Counted from the whole stretch's first letter, positions 14,370 through 28,027 are shown. The stretch is DNA of 63,582 bases, filler included, from Octopus bimaculoides (GCF_001194135.2; 7 parts of 7 records of this genome joined end to end with filler, not necessarily neighbours in it), one strand, 5' to 3'. A program made the numbers and translations. Notes: generated by a model from the sequence alone, not told the origin.

Positions 14370-14837
14370 AAAGTTCATTTTTTTTCATTCCCACCACCCC
14401 CTCACCACCCCAGTCCAAAACGATTTGGGCCAGATTTTTTTTACTATGCACTTAAAACCCATGAGAGAAACATTTTTGATTTAAAAAAAAAAAAAATTGC
14501 TCATAATTTCAGAGGAAAATGTGTAATTTATGGAAGATCTGGCTGTTGTTTCTAGCATATCCCAAAACCTCCCTCCTTGTTTCTTTCTCACTCACACAAC
14601 TTTTGATATTTTTCAATATTTTTCTCCCCATAAACAAATTTTATGGAATGATGATGTCAAAGTAACATACGTGTAGTCCCAACCGATCAAGGCCATGTTA
14701 TGTGTGTGTGGAAGAAAATAGCACCAAAAAACATTTCTAGTGTCCATATTAATCTGTCAAATGTGATGCTTATTCGTTGACGTCATTTTGAATTATTCAG
14801 GTTCAAAAGGGGTGTCCACAATATTTGCTTCTAACTT

Positions 14838-15219
14838 CACTCTTTTACATGTTTCAGTCATTTGACTGCGGCCATGCTGGAACACCACCTTTAGTTGAGC
14901 AAATCTACCCCAGGACATATTCTTTGTAAGCCTAGTACTTATTCTATAGGTCTCTTTTTGCCGAACCGCTAAGTTACGGGGACGTAAACACACCAGCATT
15001 GGTTGTCAAGTAATGTTGGGGCACAAACACAGACACACAAAGACACATACACATATATACAACGGGCTTCTTTCAGTTTCTGTCTACCAAATTCACTCAC
15101 AAGGCTTTTGTCGGCTCAAGGCTATAGTAGAAGACACTTGCCCAAGGTGCCACACTGTGTGACTGAACCCAGAACCGTGTGGATGGTAAGCAAGATACTT
15201 ACCACACAGCCACTCCTGC
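14838..15219 (-). mobile_element. tRNA-derived SINE, family B (CORE-like), full length
   Basis: Reverse complement has head GCAGGAGTGGCTGTGTGGTAAG, B-box GGTTCAGTC, CORE-like GGCACCTTGGGCAAGTG, an internal (TA/TG) tract and tail CCAGCATGGCCGCAGTC...GACTGAAAC. Confidence 0.9.
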
Positions 15220-16044
15220 AACCTGGTAAATATTTTACGTACAAATTTGAAATTTTGTCAGTGGGTGCTTTATATACCACTGGTTTATAGTTATGTAATT
15301 TTAGCTGATCTGACTGAGTAAATTTAACGTTTATGGGCAGGTAAATTTAATTAACAGGTATAAAAACAATAACATCATGGATAAACACTAAAATTGAAAT
15401 ACTTAATGCATTTTACCAGTTTGATTTGTTAGTAAAATAATCCCAGAGAACAACTGACAAAAATTGTGCTACTTTTCAAGATGAGGTACATTAATTTGAG
15501 TTAATTAAAATACAGTACAAGATTTATTCTTTCGGTAAATATTTCATACCTCTGTGTGGAATAATATTTTTCCACAGTTCTTTTCAGGTGCATTCAAAGT
15601 ATCTGACCTCTAAACCGGTCACAAGCCACCTTTTTCTGGAAAAGAAAAGCCCGAGGGGTGGTGGAGATGTTTCCTCTTGAAAGGACAAACAAATTTCCCA
15701 CTGTCTCTGCAAGCAACAAGTAGGTGGATTTGGCTTCAAATCCAGGAAGGACCAAACGAGGTCCTACAAGTTATTTTTATTAATATCGGGGTTGAAAGAA
15801 TGGTGCACACATTATTAAATATGCTAAGACAATCTGAGAAAAACAGAAACTTTTAAACCTTTTTCCAGTTTTTACGAAATTTTTGAATTAACACAAGCTA
15901 AATGTAATGGAAGTTAATTAGTCCGATAATGATTTTCAAAGTTAACTTAAAAGTTAAATCATTAACGAAAATGTTAATTTCGTTAATTAGTGATCAACAG
16001 ACTTACACTCAGCTCAGGGTATATGTATATATAGATGTAGATAC

Positions 16045-16126
<82 letters not shown>

Positions 16127-16209
16127 TTATATATATATATATATATAGAATATATATATGTAGGTATACAGATATATATATTTATATATATATATATATA
16201 TACATATAT

Positions 16210-16441
16210 CATCATCATCATTTAACGTTCGCTTTCTATGCTGGCATGAGTTGGACGATTTGACTGAGGACTGGCAAGCCAGAAGGCTGCACCAGGCTCC
16301 AATCTGATCTGGCAGAGTTTCTACAGCTGGATGCCCTTCCTAACGCCAACCACTCCGAGAGTGTAGTGGGTGCTTTTACATGCTACCGGCATGAGGGCCA
16401 GTCACACGGTACTGGCAACAGCCATGCTCAAAAAGGTGCCA
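16210..16441 (-). mobile_element. SINE family C (GGAAGGGCATCC motif, (GAT)n tail)
   Basis: Reverse complement GGTTGGCGTTAGGAAGGGCATCCAGCTGTAGAAA...GCCAGCATAGAAAGCGAACGTTAAATGATGATGATG. Related copies at 19021, 23181 and 61165. Confidence 0.8.
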
Positions 16442-16466
16442 CATATATATATATATATATATATAT

Positions 16467-16669
16467 GCGTGTGTCTTTGTCCCCGCCACCGTCACTTGAC
16501 AACCCATGTCGGTGTGGTTAAATCCCCATTACTTAACAGTGTAGCAAAAGAGACTGATAGAATAAGTACCAAGCTTACAAAGAATAAGTCCTGAGGTCGA
16601 TTTGTTTGATTAAAAGGCGGTATTCCAGCATGGCCGCAGTAAAATGACTGAAACAAATAGAAAAAAAAA
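16467..16669 (+). mobile_element. SINE family B, 3' half
   Basis: GATAGAATAAGTACC...GGTCGATTTG...CCAGCATGGCCGCAG...GACTGAAAC. Begins at a TA tract. Confidence 0.9.
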
Positions 16670-16697
16670 TATATATATATATAGAGAGAGACAAAGA

Positions 16698-16775
<78 letters not shown>

Positions 16776-17049
16776 TTAGACACACATGCTCATACACATA
16801 AAAATTAATCCCACACACAATTTACATACATAGATTTAACAATTGCAAAATTTCTCAAGATACTTGTAAAAGATAAAGGTGCATTGAAGCCACCAGATAT
16901 ATAGAGAGAGAGGTGCTTGTGAGTGTGTACACGCAAGTGCATGTGTGTCTGTGAATCTATTTATTTGTGTATATGTGGCTGCTATTGGACTGCTTATTTT
17001 CATTAACGCCAAGGTAAGGTGTATCAAGCAGAACAGGTCAAACCTGCTT

Positions 17050-17255
17050 CTAAAATTGCCTCAGCTGAACATGTTTCCTGCCTGGTACATGTAGCCGTGA
17101 CATCTGACTTCAATGTACAATAATGACAAAGGCAGCCCAGTTTAAAATAGCAATCTCGTGCCAGTAACCAACTTGTGTACAGAGAGAACAATCTCTACAT
17201 ACTTCTACAACACACCACCAGCCTTCTCACATATATCAATAACCCTTAAACTAAT
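17050..17255 (+). mobile_element. Possible LINE APE endonuclease fragment
   Basis: VAVTSDFNVQ resembles the GDFN motif, and LTYINNP resembles LxQxVxxPT. Heavily decayed. Confidence 0.3.
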
Positions 17256-17522
17256 TTATACTTCTTAATTGTGTGGGGGTGTCAAACCAAGATAATAAAA
17301 CTTACATTAAAAAGCCATCCCATTCTGTTAGCTTTATTTTTTTTTTCAATTTTGAGTTTAATTTTCCAGAAAACTTTTACATATCTGAGTTGAAGTTTGG
17401 GGAAAGTGGCAGATGAAAGCTGAGGATTCCTAACTGAAGATTGTTGATGTGATAAGAAATTAAAATACAAGACATGGTAAAAAGATAAGTTATAGTTAGA
17501 TGGAAACAAGGAAATTCTATTT

Positions 17523-17742
17523 AAGGCAGTGAGCTGGCAGAATTGTTAGCACATAAGACAAAATGCTTAGTGGCCTTTCATCTGTTTTTATGTTCTGAGT
17601 TCAAATCCCACTGAGGTTGACTTTGCATTTCATCCTTTTGGGGTTGATAAAATAAGTACCAGTTGAACAATGAGGTCAATGTAATCAACTTAACCCCTTC
17701 CTTCAAAAAGGGTTAGCCTTGGGCAAAAATTTGAAACCAATA
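17523..17742 (+). mobile_element. SINE family A, full length, CpG-free
   Basis: Colinear with the 4687 and 61211 copies, but the CpG positions read mostly TpG or CpA. Confidence 0.9.
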
Positions 17743-17940
17743 TTTACCTCATATATTGTCTGTCCTTCAAAAATGAATGAAATAAGTGATTCTGAAGATG
17801 TTTATAACTCCCAAGAATTTCTCATTTACTCCAAGTTTCATGAACAAAATAAATGATAGCTGTCAGTAGATGAGAAAGCCAAATGTGTCTATTCATTAGC
17901 TTAAGTCTAATCAAACTGAAACTCCATACCTATAAGCATT

Positions 17941-17986
<46 letters not shown>

Positions 17987-18450
17987 CGTACACACACACA
18001 TATGTACATATATGTATACACATATTCATCTCGTTCAATTTCAACATTAAACTGTATAACAAATAACCAGTATTTATAACTCCATGTGTATTTCCGTTTG
18101 TGTATTGTAATTGTATCCTTTGTTAAGAAATCTGGGTTTGAGTGTTACCCACAATCTATGCTGAAAACAAAACATGAGAGATTGTTTGTAAGATATTTTG
18201 TTAAAACAACTTACAGATGCTTTAAAAACGACTGACTCCATGATGAGGAATTCCACCATCTTTTCAAGCCTATAGTGTTATGTATAAAAGCTGCAAATTT
18301 CTGATGATTTGATGGTAGGTGTTACATAATTTACTTAATGTAATAAATTATCACCTTCTGTTAATGAAACATAGTTAAGATGGTGGAACTAAATATCTCA
18401 TAAATAATTTCATATTTTGATGTGTGTGTGTGTTTGTGTGTGTGTGTATT

Positions 18451-18630
18451 CTTTAACCCTTTTGTTTCAGTCATCTGCCTGCAGCCATGCTGGAGCACCG
18501 CCTTTAGTTGAACAAATCGACCCCAGTACTTATCATATCGGTCTCTTTTGCTGAACCGCTAAGTTATAGAGATGTAAACACATCAACATCAGTTGCCAAG
18601 TGATGGTGGAGGGACAAACACAGACACACA
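18451..18630 (-). mobile_element. SINE family B, 3' half
   Basis: GTTTCAGTCA...CCATGCTGGAGCACCGCC...AAATCGACCCCAGTACTTAT...GAACCGCTAAGTTA. Confidence 0.9.
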
Positions 18631-19020
18631 ACCACACAATGCCTTTCATAATGCAGAACACTTTAGAGAGTTTACAGGATGCGTTCTTTTTTTGCGACAT
18701 CAGCACCAATAAGGTCACCTTGAATTTGCAAGGCTGAAAAGTATAAAAAGCTGCCATGACTGAAAGGAGAACAGAAGAGAAAGAGAGAGTGGTGACTTTG
18801 GTGATCAGAGAGGATAAAGAATGGTAAGAGATTTATTGGGGGATATGGAATGTTTTGTGGGAGTATGGAAGGGACAGGAGAAGGAAGAAAGGGCTGAAGT
18901 GAAGGGTTAGTTAAAAAGAGAGCAAACAGTGTGATGAGGTGGGTTGTATGGAGGCATCCAGTCATATCTGATGTTATTTAGGTGAATAAAGACACGAAGC
19001 TGGAGTGGAAGGGAATATGA

Positions 19021-19120
19021 AAGTTGGCAACAGGAAGGGCATGCAGTCATAGAAGATCTGCATCAACAAATTCAGTTTGACCCAGGCAAGCATGGATAAA
19101 GGAACATTAAATGATGAAGA
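19021..19120 (+). mobile_element. SINE family C, 3' fragment
   Basis: GTTGGCAACAGGAAGGGCATGCAG...GCAAGCATGGATAAAG...ATGATGA. Confidence 0.7.
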
Positions 19121-19309
19121 CAGCAGTGGTAGTAGCAGTGGTCCACCACCACCACCACCATCATTGTTATATGGGCGTGTAAAATAAAAAAATTCATAGA
19201 TGATTCCAAGCTTCATTAGTTATCCCTGGAGGAAATGACAGAACAAAACCAGTCTCACCTACATGCAGTTAGTCAGCGGGAGGATAGAAGTAGTTATAGT
19301 GCTCAATGA

Positions 19310-19860
19310 GAGAAAATCTAAACTCCTACATTTTTGAAAAAAGAATGTTCTGAAGCATCCAGAATCTCTTCCTCCAGGAAACCGACTCATGTCATCCAAT
19401 AATCTCAGAGATTTAGGAGTAATTGTTGACAACAACCCCAGCTGGGGCACTCACATCAACCATAAGATCGATACAGCTCCTAAGACGAATTCTTGGATCC
19501 TCAACACATTCCAATTTAGAGAGAAAGATATTATCACTCTCCTCTCCTCCTTTGGTGTACAACCACACTTTGTAGAATACTGTTGTCTGCTATTGTCTCC
19601 CCAAATCAAACAAAGCTTTATGGGAATTGAGATACCCCAGAGAACAATCACAATAAATAAGTTAATGGCTTGACAACCTTAAAATATTGGAACTTTTATT
19701 CTCTCTAATGCTGCTGTGAGTGTTACATCATTTGCACAATGTAGAGGATATACCACTAGCATTGTCCAAATGAGGTTAACAGCAAGTTTACAATTCATCC
19801 AGGGTTCGGACCCTACAATATATGCCCCTGATGCAGCACAGGTGAACCCTACCTGGTTCA
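19310..19860 (+). mobile_element. CR1-clade LINE ORF2 C-terminal fossil
   Basis: SSNNLRDLGVIVDNNPSWGTHIN...WILNTF...QPHFVEYCC...SP...IEIPQRTIT, then YSL*CCCECYIICTM*RIYH*HCPN...IHPGFGP. This is the typical CR1 DLGVxxD...L+YC...WSP...QR...RRRERY series. Confidence 0.85.
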
Positions 19861-21157
19861 ATTAAAAGTCAAGTCAATATAGATACAGACCAGTGTGTAT
19901 ACACCATATACAACATTACTCAATACAATATGTGTATAGTGTAATGACAAACGCCTGGATAGAATGGGACACAGATTTCAATTTGTTAATAAACCAGAGA
20001 AAACTGGTTCCAAGTAGTTTAGGACTGGTTCCCCTATGACATTATTTGATGACAAAACCTTCCAGACTGATTCAATGATGCCTTAAGTATTAAGAAGATA
20101 GTTTTATCCAATCCATAAAGTTTGCAAACATGAAAACAACACTGGCTGGAAGAAATGTCGTTGCAAAGAAGATTCATTTACAATTGAAGAGAACAAAACT
20201 GAAGAGCTTTCTTGTTGAAATGTTTGTCAGAAAATGATCTTTTGAAAAATAGTCACAGAGTTTGGAGAAATTGCAAAATTAGGACAGGAAATTTGTAATA
20301 TTAAGGACCATCGTTAAAGGAGAAAATAATATCAGAATCATTTAGAGAAGGGAAGTTGTATTTTTATATATATGTGCGGGATACAAAGAAATTCTTCTTT
20401 AAAAACTTAAAAACAACTTTAATTAAAATATTGCCCATTACTGATGTGTCAGAGAAATAACAAACAGTTGAAGAAATAAAATTTTCCACAAATTTAGCAA
20501 CATCATCTTGTTGAGATAAATCAGAAAATAAATTATGAAGTCAACACAACAATTGTACACTTAAGAGATAGAACCAAATTTGGATAATACTTTACCATTT
20601 CAAAAAGTACAATTCAAATCAACACTACCTGTATTATGTATGGGAAAGATATTGCAAAGCAACATTAATTTATTTTATGACAAAAATAGCAACAACACTT
20701 CGTCTTTAAATCAAGATATAAAAGTGAAGAAGTTTGATAGAAATAAATAATAATAACAGCAACATTGATATCAATAATTAATTTTCAACAATTACCTCAA
20801 GAGGAAAGAGAGGAAATAACTAGCGACGTCAAAGATTAGAGATTGTGGAAGCACTAATAGAGTTGTGTAGTCGTTGAGAGGTTAATTATCAGCCTAAAAT
20901 AGCAGCGAAGACATTGTGGGTTCTTTAGCAACAAGTCTTCCACTTCAATTAATCATTTCTCATGTTCAATATACAAATACACTTTATTAGATATTCACAG
21001 AGGTGAGCCATTAAATAACAGAAAAATAAAGTTGAAAATTATAAATGAAATTAAAAAGAGAGAAAGAAAAACATTATTTACAATAATGTTAAAAATGGCA
21101 ATAACAATAAGTGGTGAACTCAAGTGATTATCTTTAGATATAATTAATAACAATGCT

Positions 21158-21203
<46 letters not shown>

Positions 21204-21279
21204 CCTTTATGCATTATCATTATTTCTTTATACAAGAGCAGGTTTAAATATTCAAAGACCTTCAGAATGTTAACATTGT

Positions 21280-21495
21280 TGTTGTTGTTATTTATTGTTT
21301 AATTTTAACTCTGCTCAACAGGACCAATAATGAAACATATTTCAACTGCATCCATTGTTTTGTTCTTGCCAGTCATGTCTCTTTAGGAACTTTTTATGAA
21401 ATTTCTCCTTCCTTTTTTAATGGTGTAGAGCAATCTAAAAGAGATTTGGCTGCTATTTATAGGAGGATGAGAGACCATGTAGAGCTTTCTTTGTT
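21280..21495. repeat. Short interspersed repeat family E. Other fragments at ~14540-14562, 28083-28110, 32580-32640, 39490-39535 and 57915-58050
   Basis: A shared core GATTTGGCTGCTATTTCTAGCAGG... recurs in both orientations at six loci. Confidence 0.65.
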
Positions 21496-23071
21496 GAATT
21501 CTATATAAATTATTGGAACAGACAAGAAATATGGAAATGGCTATTCTCATACAAAACATTCAGCAATAATACTGTAAAGATCTTTTTGCTTCTTGACCAA
21601 GCTTTGTTTTTACTGGTAAGTGTGAAAGAGGGGAGAAAATGTTTGCGACAGGATTAAAACATTTGATCATTATCCAAACATTCTATCTACTCAGATTTCC
21701 TACTCACTTCTTTTTTTTCTTTCTCCATAGAAGACTTAAAATTAGTAAGATATCATAAATGTTTGTGCTTTTGCTAAAAATTCGTGAGTTAGTACAATTT
21801 CAGTCTAGAAATATTACTATTTAAACAACTTACATTACACTCAAGCATTAATTGCTATTCATGATAAAATGTACAAAGAAATCAAACACAAACACACAAA
21901 CACATGTTTGTCCATTTATATATTTTCTCTAAAACAACTTCATAAACACAAACATCCATGGTGTGTACCCTAAGAGAGGATGTCACAGCCAGCTTTCTGT
22001 AAAAACCTATTAATGGTGCCAAAAGTCATTAACACTTTCAAACAATGAAGGTGTACTAATCTTTGAGATTCTATAAAAGACATATTTTTATTTCATTTGT
22101 CAAATACAGAAAAAAAAACAAGAAAAACAGCTAAATGAGAAGCAATAACAATGACACGTACAAGTTTCAAGTAATTACTGTTTGTAGACTTCAATAGAAG
22201 TAAAACATTAGTCATTCAGACACTAATGTCATTAATGTCAAGAGTTAGGCTTACCATCAAGCATCCAGTCTGGAAATAATTGTTGCTTGTTCCATCTCAA
22301 AAGAATCTCTACCACATGGTGTGGACAAGAGAGGAAATTTTAGGAGCTAACTTTTAAAATTAAACAAATACATAATTTCTATGAAATTAATAGTAAATAA
22401 TTAATGACTAATTATAAGATTACTAATTAAATGTCAACTTGCATAAGAAATATGTTAGCAATTATTTAAGATAAGTTGCATGGATTCTCTTTTAAGAAAC
22501 TCACTGAAATTCCACCAAAAGAATATTCTATTTAGCCTGAAATTCAAAATCATGCACAAGTAGTCTTATTTATCAGATATAATAGATAGAAACACTTTAC
22601 ACAATGTATTGAGTACTGTCACTTAAATCCCAAGTAAAATCAACAAAATGCTCCAGCTTCAAGTAATTTTTAGACATCAGTGAAAAGAGAAAGAGTTAAA
22701 ACAAGATCTACCATCAAGTGTCAGAAAGAATTCAAACTCTGCCTCATTTTTGTAGTTGTTGAAGCATCAAGTTGCATCTCCAGCAGTGCAATGGGTTTAC
22801 AAATACATTGGGTTCTGCTCTGAAAATCTTTTATTTTAATAAATAAGAGCTTGAAATATTTTGGCTCCCCTCCTCCCCACTTAAACTTGCATATGAAAAT
22901 TATATTGCACTGAGCCACGTTTAAAATAAACTTGTAAGCTTTATTTCTGAAGCTATATAATTGATGTATTTTAGCCCAACAGGAAAGGCATCCACCCACA
23001 AAAAATCTGCCTCGACAAATTCTATCTGGTTTATGCAAACATGGAATAGTAAACATTAAATAATGTTGATC

Positions 23072-23102
<31 letters not shown>

Positions 23103-23180
23103 CTTCATGGGTTTTTTTCCTTTTCCACTTTTTCCTCTTTTGTTCTTTCCTGTCTTGCAAGTTACTTGGCAACCCCACAA

Positions 23181-23369
23181 GTGTTAGTGGTACAAAACAA
23201 AAACAAAAAAGCACCAGTACACTCTGTAAAGTGGCTGGTGTTAGGAAGGGCATCCAGTTGTAGAAACCATACCAAAGTTGACAACGAAGATTGATGCAAC
23301 TTTGGAATTCTCTGGATCCTGTCAAACCATTCAACTACATGCCAGCATGGAAAAAATATGATGATGATG
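23181..23369 (+). mobile_element. SINE family C
   Basis: GGCTGGTGTTAGGAAGGGCATCCAGTTGTAGAAA...GCCAGCATGGAAAA...ATGATGATGATG. Confidence 0.8.
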
Positions 23370-23380
23370 TACACACACAC

Positions 23381-23449
<69 letters not shown>

Positions 23450-23899
23450 GACAGACAGATAGATAGATAGATAGATATAGATATATATATGAATATATAT
23501 ACATATAGAAGCCTCCTTCAATCAAAACTAACCGTATGTTTCTGCAAATGGAACAGTTCTCTCCAAGACACAAATGGCCAGAAACAGACACTACACACAT
23601 ACAGATATGATCACATATACACAAATCAATAGAGAGATGCACACAATCATAGATATTATTGCTACTGATTTCAAGAAAACACTATTGAATTATTTTAATA
23701 TCATGTTGATCAAGAAAGTTGAAGTCGTGATGGAGTTCTTACTGCACAAAGAAGGGTTCTAAGACATGAAAAAGAAATTGTCTGGTATTGTTGGGATCAC
23801 AAAACATATGTGTGTGTTAAACGCAATATCATTGGTCAAAACAAGACTGCTGTTAGCCAATCAGTAAACTATACAACAGTAAAATCAGTTCCAGACTGA

Positions 23900-23978
23900 T
23901 ATAAGTACCAAAGTTGTTATAACTGACAGTGCCCCAGAATGGTCGCAGTTTAATAACAGAAACCAATAAAAGATAAAG
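23900..23978 (+). mobile_element. SINE family B tail remnant
   Basis: GACTGATATAAGTACC...GTGCCCCAGAATGGTCGCAG...GAAACCAATAAAAGATAAAG. Confidence 0.6.
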
Positions 23979-24690
23979 AATGTATGCAAACATTTACTGC
24001 AAGTAGGCAAAGGTGGTTGTATTATTCTCAATAATATTTAACACAAATTTCCCACATCATCATAAAGAAAAAGAAAAAAGAAAAAAGGAAAGATAGAGAA
24101 AAGAAAAGAGGGACTTTTTTTTTTATTTTTTTGAAAGATCTTCATTTTGATGGATCTTATGTGATAATGTTATTTGGTCAGATATGTTGTGAAACTGTCA
24201 TCCATTAATATAAAATAAACCGTCAGTATGTATTCTTCTCTATCTGAGTTATTAGAGATGGACAGACAGACAGGTGGACAGACAGTCAGACAGACAATGA
24301 CAGAGTTGAATAACTCACAGAATGGATTTGATAATGTTTATTGTTTTAACAAATAACTTACAAATATGTTTATAGTATGTAACACATAATAAAAACTGCT
24401 TTCTAACAACTTCAGCTTGTCTGTTCAGAGACTAAAATATATACTTTTCGTTTTGTTTTTCGCAACAAAGTTGTTTTATTGGGTTGATAGAGCAAGAATG
24501 GCTTCTGTATTGTTTGTTCAGTGACTCTATGCAAAAAGCACTTTTATCAAAGACTTCCAACAAATATTTAACCACTGTCAATGGCTTGGCATTACTTACA
24601 ACAGATATTTACTGTCACCCATCTTAATCAAAATATTTGTGCAAGGCACTAATGGCACCAAATCCATTACATGCAAGTACTGCACTTACA

Positions 24691-24734
<44 letters not shown>

Positions 24735-24963
24735 TTATATATATATATATACATATATAATGTGTGTGTGTATATATATATATACATTTATATATATATA
24801 TATATACATTTATATATATACATATATAATGTGTGTGTGTATATATANNNNNNNNNNNNNNNNNNNNNNNNNNNNNNNNNNNNNNNNNNNNTTAATTAAT
24901 TAANNNNNNNNNNNNNNNNNNNNNNNNNNNNNNNNNNNNNNNNNNNNACACATATATACATAG

Positions 24964-25008
<45 letters not shown>

Positions 25009-25232
25009 ATAGGTATGTGTGTATGCATGAATTTATGTACGGATGCATGTATATATGGATTACTCTGTAAATACATATATATGTGTGTGTGTGTGTGTAT
25101 AGACATACATGTAAACATATGTATAACGCAATACATCCGTGCATGTATGAATGTATGTATATATATACCTATGTATCTATAAATATATATATTTACATAC
25201 ACACACACAAATACCGTATATATATGTACACA

Positions 25233-25267
<35 letters not shown>

Positions 25268-25482
25268 AGGTATGAGTGTATGTATGTATACCGTTCGATG
25301 GATCGACCTTTCCACAAAGCTTCGGAACTTCTGTCAAATTGACCGCTGGTCTGGAATGAGTAACGTGAAGAAAGTGACAGTTACGGCAAGTTATGTTTAC
25401 GCAAAGTCCAGTCAGACATCCGTTATCTTTCTTTCCCTCTCATCCCACCTCTCCCTCCCTAACCCTCCCTAACCCTCCCTCC

Positions 25483-25514
<32 letters not shown>

Positions 25515-26187
25515 AGCTCAGTGACCTCATCTCTTGCCGATATTGTCCAGTCGATGTTGTTCATCTGAGGTGAGTCATCTTCTTATGCTAGTGTCTCCTA
25601 ATGACATCAAAACACCGAACAGCGCGGAAATATTTAACTCGCGTTGTCCAGTTCCATGGAATGGCANNNNNNNNNNNNNNNNNNNNNNNNNNNNNNNNNN
25701 NNNNNNNNNNNNNNNNNNNNNNNNNNNNNNNNNNNNNNNNNNNNNNNNNNNNNNNNNNNNNNNNNNNNNNNNNNNNNNNNNNNNNNNNNNNNNNNNNNNN
25801 NNNNNNNNNNNNNNNNNNNNNNNNNNNNNNNNNNNNNNNNNNNNNNNNNNNNNNNNNNNNNNNNNNNNNNNNNNNNNNNNNNNNNNNNNNNNNNNNNNNN
25901 NNNNNNNNNNNNNNNNNNNNNNNNNNNNNNNNNNNNNNNNNNNNNNNNNNNNNNNNNNNNNNNNNNNNNNNNNNNNNNNNNNNNNNNNNNNNNNNNNNNN
26001 NNNNNNNNNNNNNNNNNNNNNNNNNNNNNNNNNNNNNNNNNNNNNNNNNNNNNNNNNNNNNNNNNNNNNNNNNNNNNNNNNNNNNNNNNNNNNNNNNNNN
26101 NNNNNNNNNNNNNNNNNNNNNNNNNNNNNNNNNNNNNNNNNNNNNNNNNNNNNNNNNNNNNNNNNNNNNNNNNNNNNNNNNNNNNNT

Positions 26188-26312
26188 GATGGCGATGATG
26201 ATGATGATGAGGAGGAGGAGGAGGAGGAAGAGGATGACGACGACGACGACGACGACGACGATGATGGTGATGACGGCGATGATGATGATGAGGAGGAGGA
26301 GGAGGAAGAGGA

Positions 26313-26354
<42 letters not shown>

Positions 26355-26566
26355 TGATGATGATGATGGTGATGATGGCGATGATGAGGAGNNNNNNNNN
26401 NNNNNNNNNNNNNNNNNNNNNNNNNNNNNNNNNNNNNNNNNNNNNNNNNNNNNNNNNNNNNNNNNNNGACGACGACGACGACGACGACGACGACGATGAT
26501 GATGATGATGGTGATGATGGCGATGAGGAGGAGGAGGAGGAGGAGGAGGAGGAGGAAGAGGAGGAG

Positions 26567-26610
<44 letters not shown>

Positions 26611-26760
26611 TGATGGTGATGATGATTTGATGATGATAATGATGATGATGATGAGAATGATGATAATGGCGGCAGGAGTCATTATAGGGATCATGATAAC
26701 GATTAGCGGTAGTAGCTGATGTTGTAGGCAATGGTGAAGAGAAAGGTGACGGAAATGATG

Positions 26761-26797
<37 letters not shown>

Positions 26798-26810
26798 CGA
26801 CGACGACAAA
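26188..26810. repeat. Compound (GAT/GAC/GAG)n trinucleotide array with a higher-order unit
   Basis: Read directly from the sequence. Interrupted by N gaps. Confidence 0.95.
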
Positions 26811-26906
26811 TAGAAATCACGATCACAATCTTGTGAGTGTACATACACAGATATACATAAACATATGTATGTATGTATGGACAGACAGACAGACACACAG
26901 ACACAC

Positions 26907-26964
<58 letters not shown>

Positions 26965-27026
26965 GTGATGGATGGATGTATGGATGGATGGATAAACGGA
27001 TAGCGAGACCAAAACAAGTTTTCAAG

Positions 27027-27064
<38 letters not shown>

Positions 27065-27122
27065 TAGCGGCATATGTAAACACACATGTAAATAATGTAT
27101 ATAAATAATGTATGTACGTACG

Positions 27123-27190
<68 letters not shown>

Positions 27191-27204
27191 ATATATGTAT
27201 ATAT

Positions 27205-27239
<35 letters not shown>

Positions 27240-27987
27240 TGTACATATATGCGTGTGTGTATACAATATATATATATATATGTATGTATAGCTTTTTTTG
27301 CGTTAACACCTATAACGACGTCAATGATTCATATGATACTTCGAGCAGGTCTTTTTATGTAATTATAGCAGCATTCCCCATGTCGAAAATTACATTCGGA
27401 CATCAATTGGGATTGGTTTTCTTCATCCTAACAGGAAACAGAAGGTTAAAGGACTGCTAATTTATTAGAATATTGGTCATCACCTAATGTCGTCGCTTTC
27501 ACAATGGTCAGAGAAATAGGGAAAGACTATATCAAGACTAAAATACGAAATAGTATAAGAAAGTTCAGGAAAAAAAAAGGGGAAAAAAACAGACCGGGTA
27601 GGATTTAAAGATTGTAAATGAAAGAAATAAGGAAATGGCCGCACGTAGACAAGGGTGAATAATAATAGAGAGAGAGCAATTTCCTTTACTCGTCATTTGT
27701 AAAACTTCACGTATACAACCAGTAAACATATACAAACAGAAACGCTACAACTATTTCTCTCTCTTTCTCAGTGTGTCTCTCCTCTGTCACTATATAGATA
27801 GATTGATAGCTAGATAGATAGATATAGAGCTACATACATATATTTATATACATATACATTACATACATTCATATATATAAACATACATTTGTATGTATAT
27901 ATACGTGCATGTAAACACGTCTATATTTGTATAGATGTACAGTATATTCATATAAGTATATAACTATATATATATATATATATGTGT

Positions 27988-28023
<36 letters not shown>

Positions 28024-28027
28024 CTGC

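Noticed and set aside
15588-15720. Internal coding exon after a strong plus-strand acceptor
   Set aside because: All three frames hit stops before a plausible donor. It could only be a terminal or non-coding exon.
25534-27085. Long poly-Asp/Glu, poly-His and poly-Ser ORFs as a real acidic or biomineral protein
   Set aside because: Open in several frames on both strands because the sequence is trinucleotide repeat plus gaps. No unique coding flanks.
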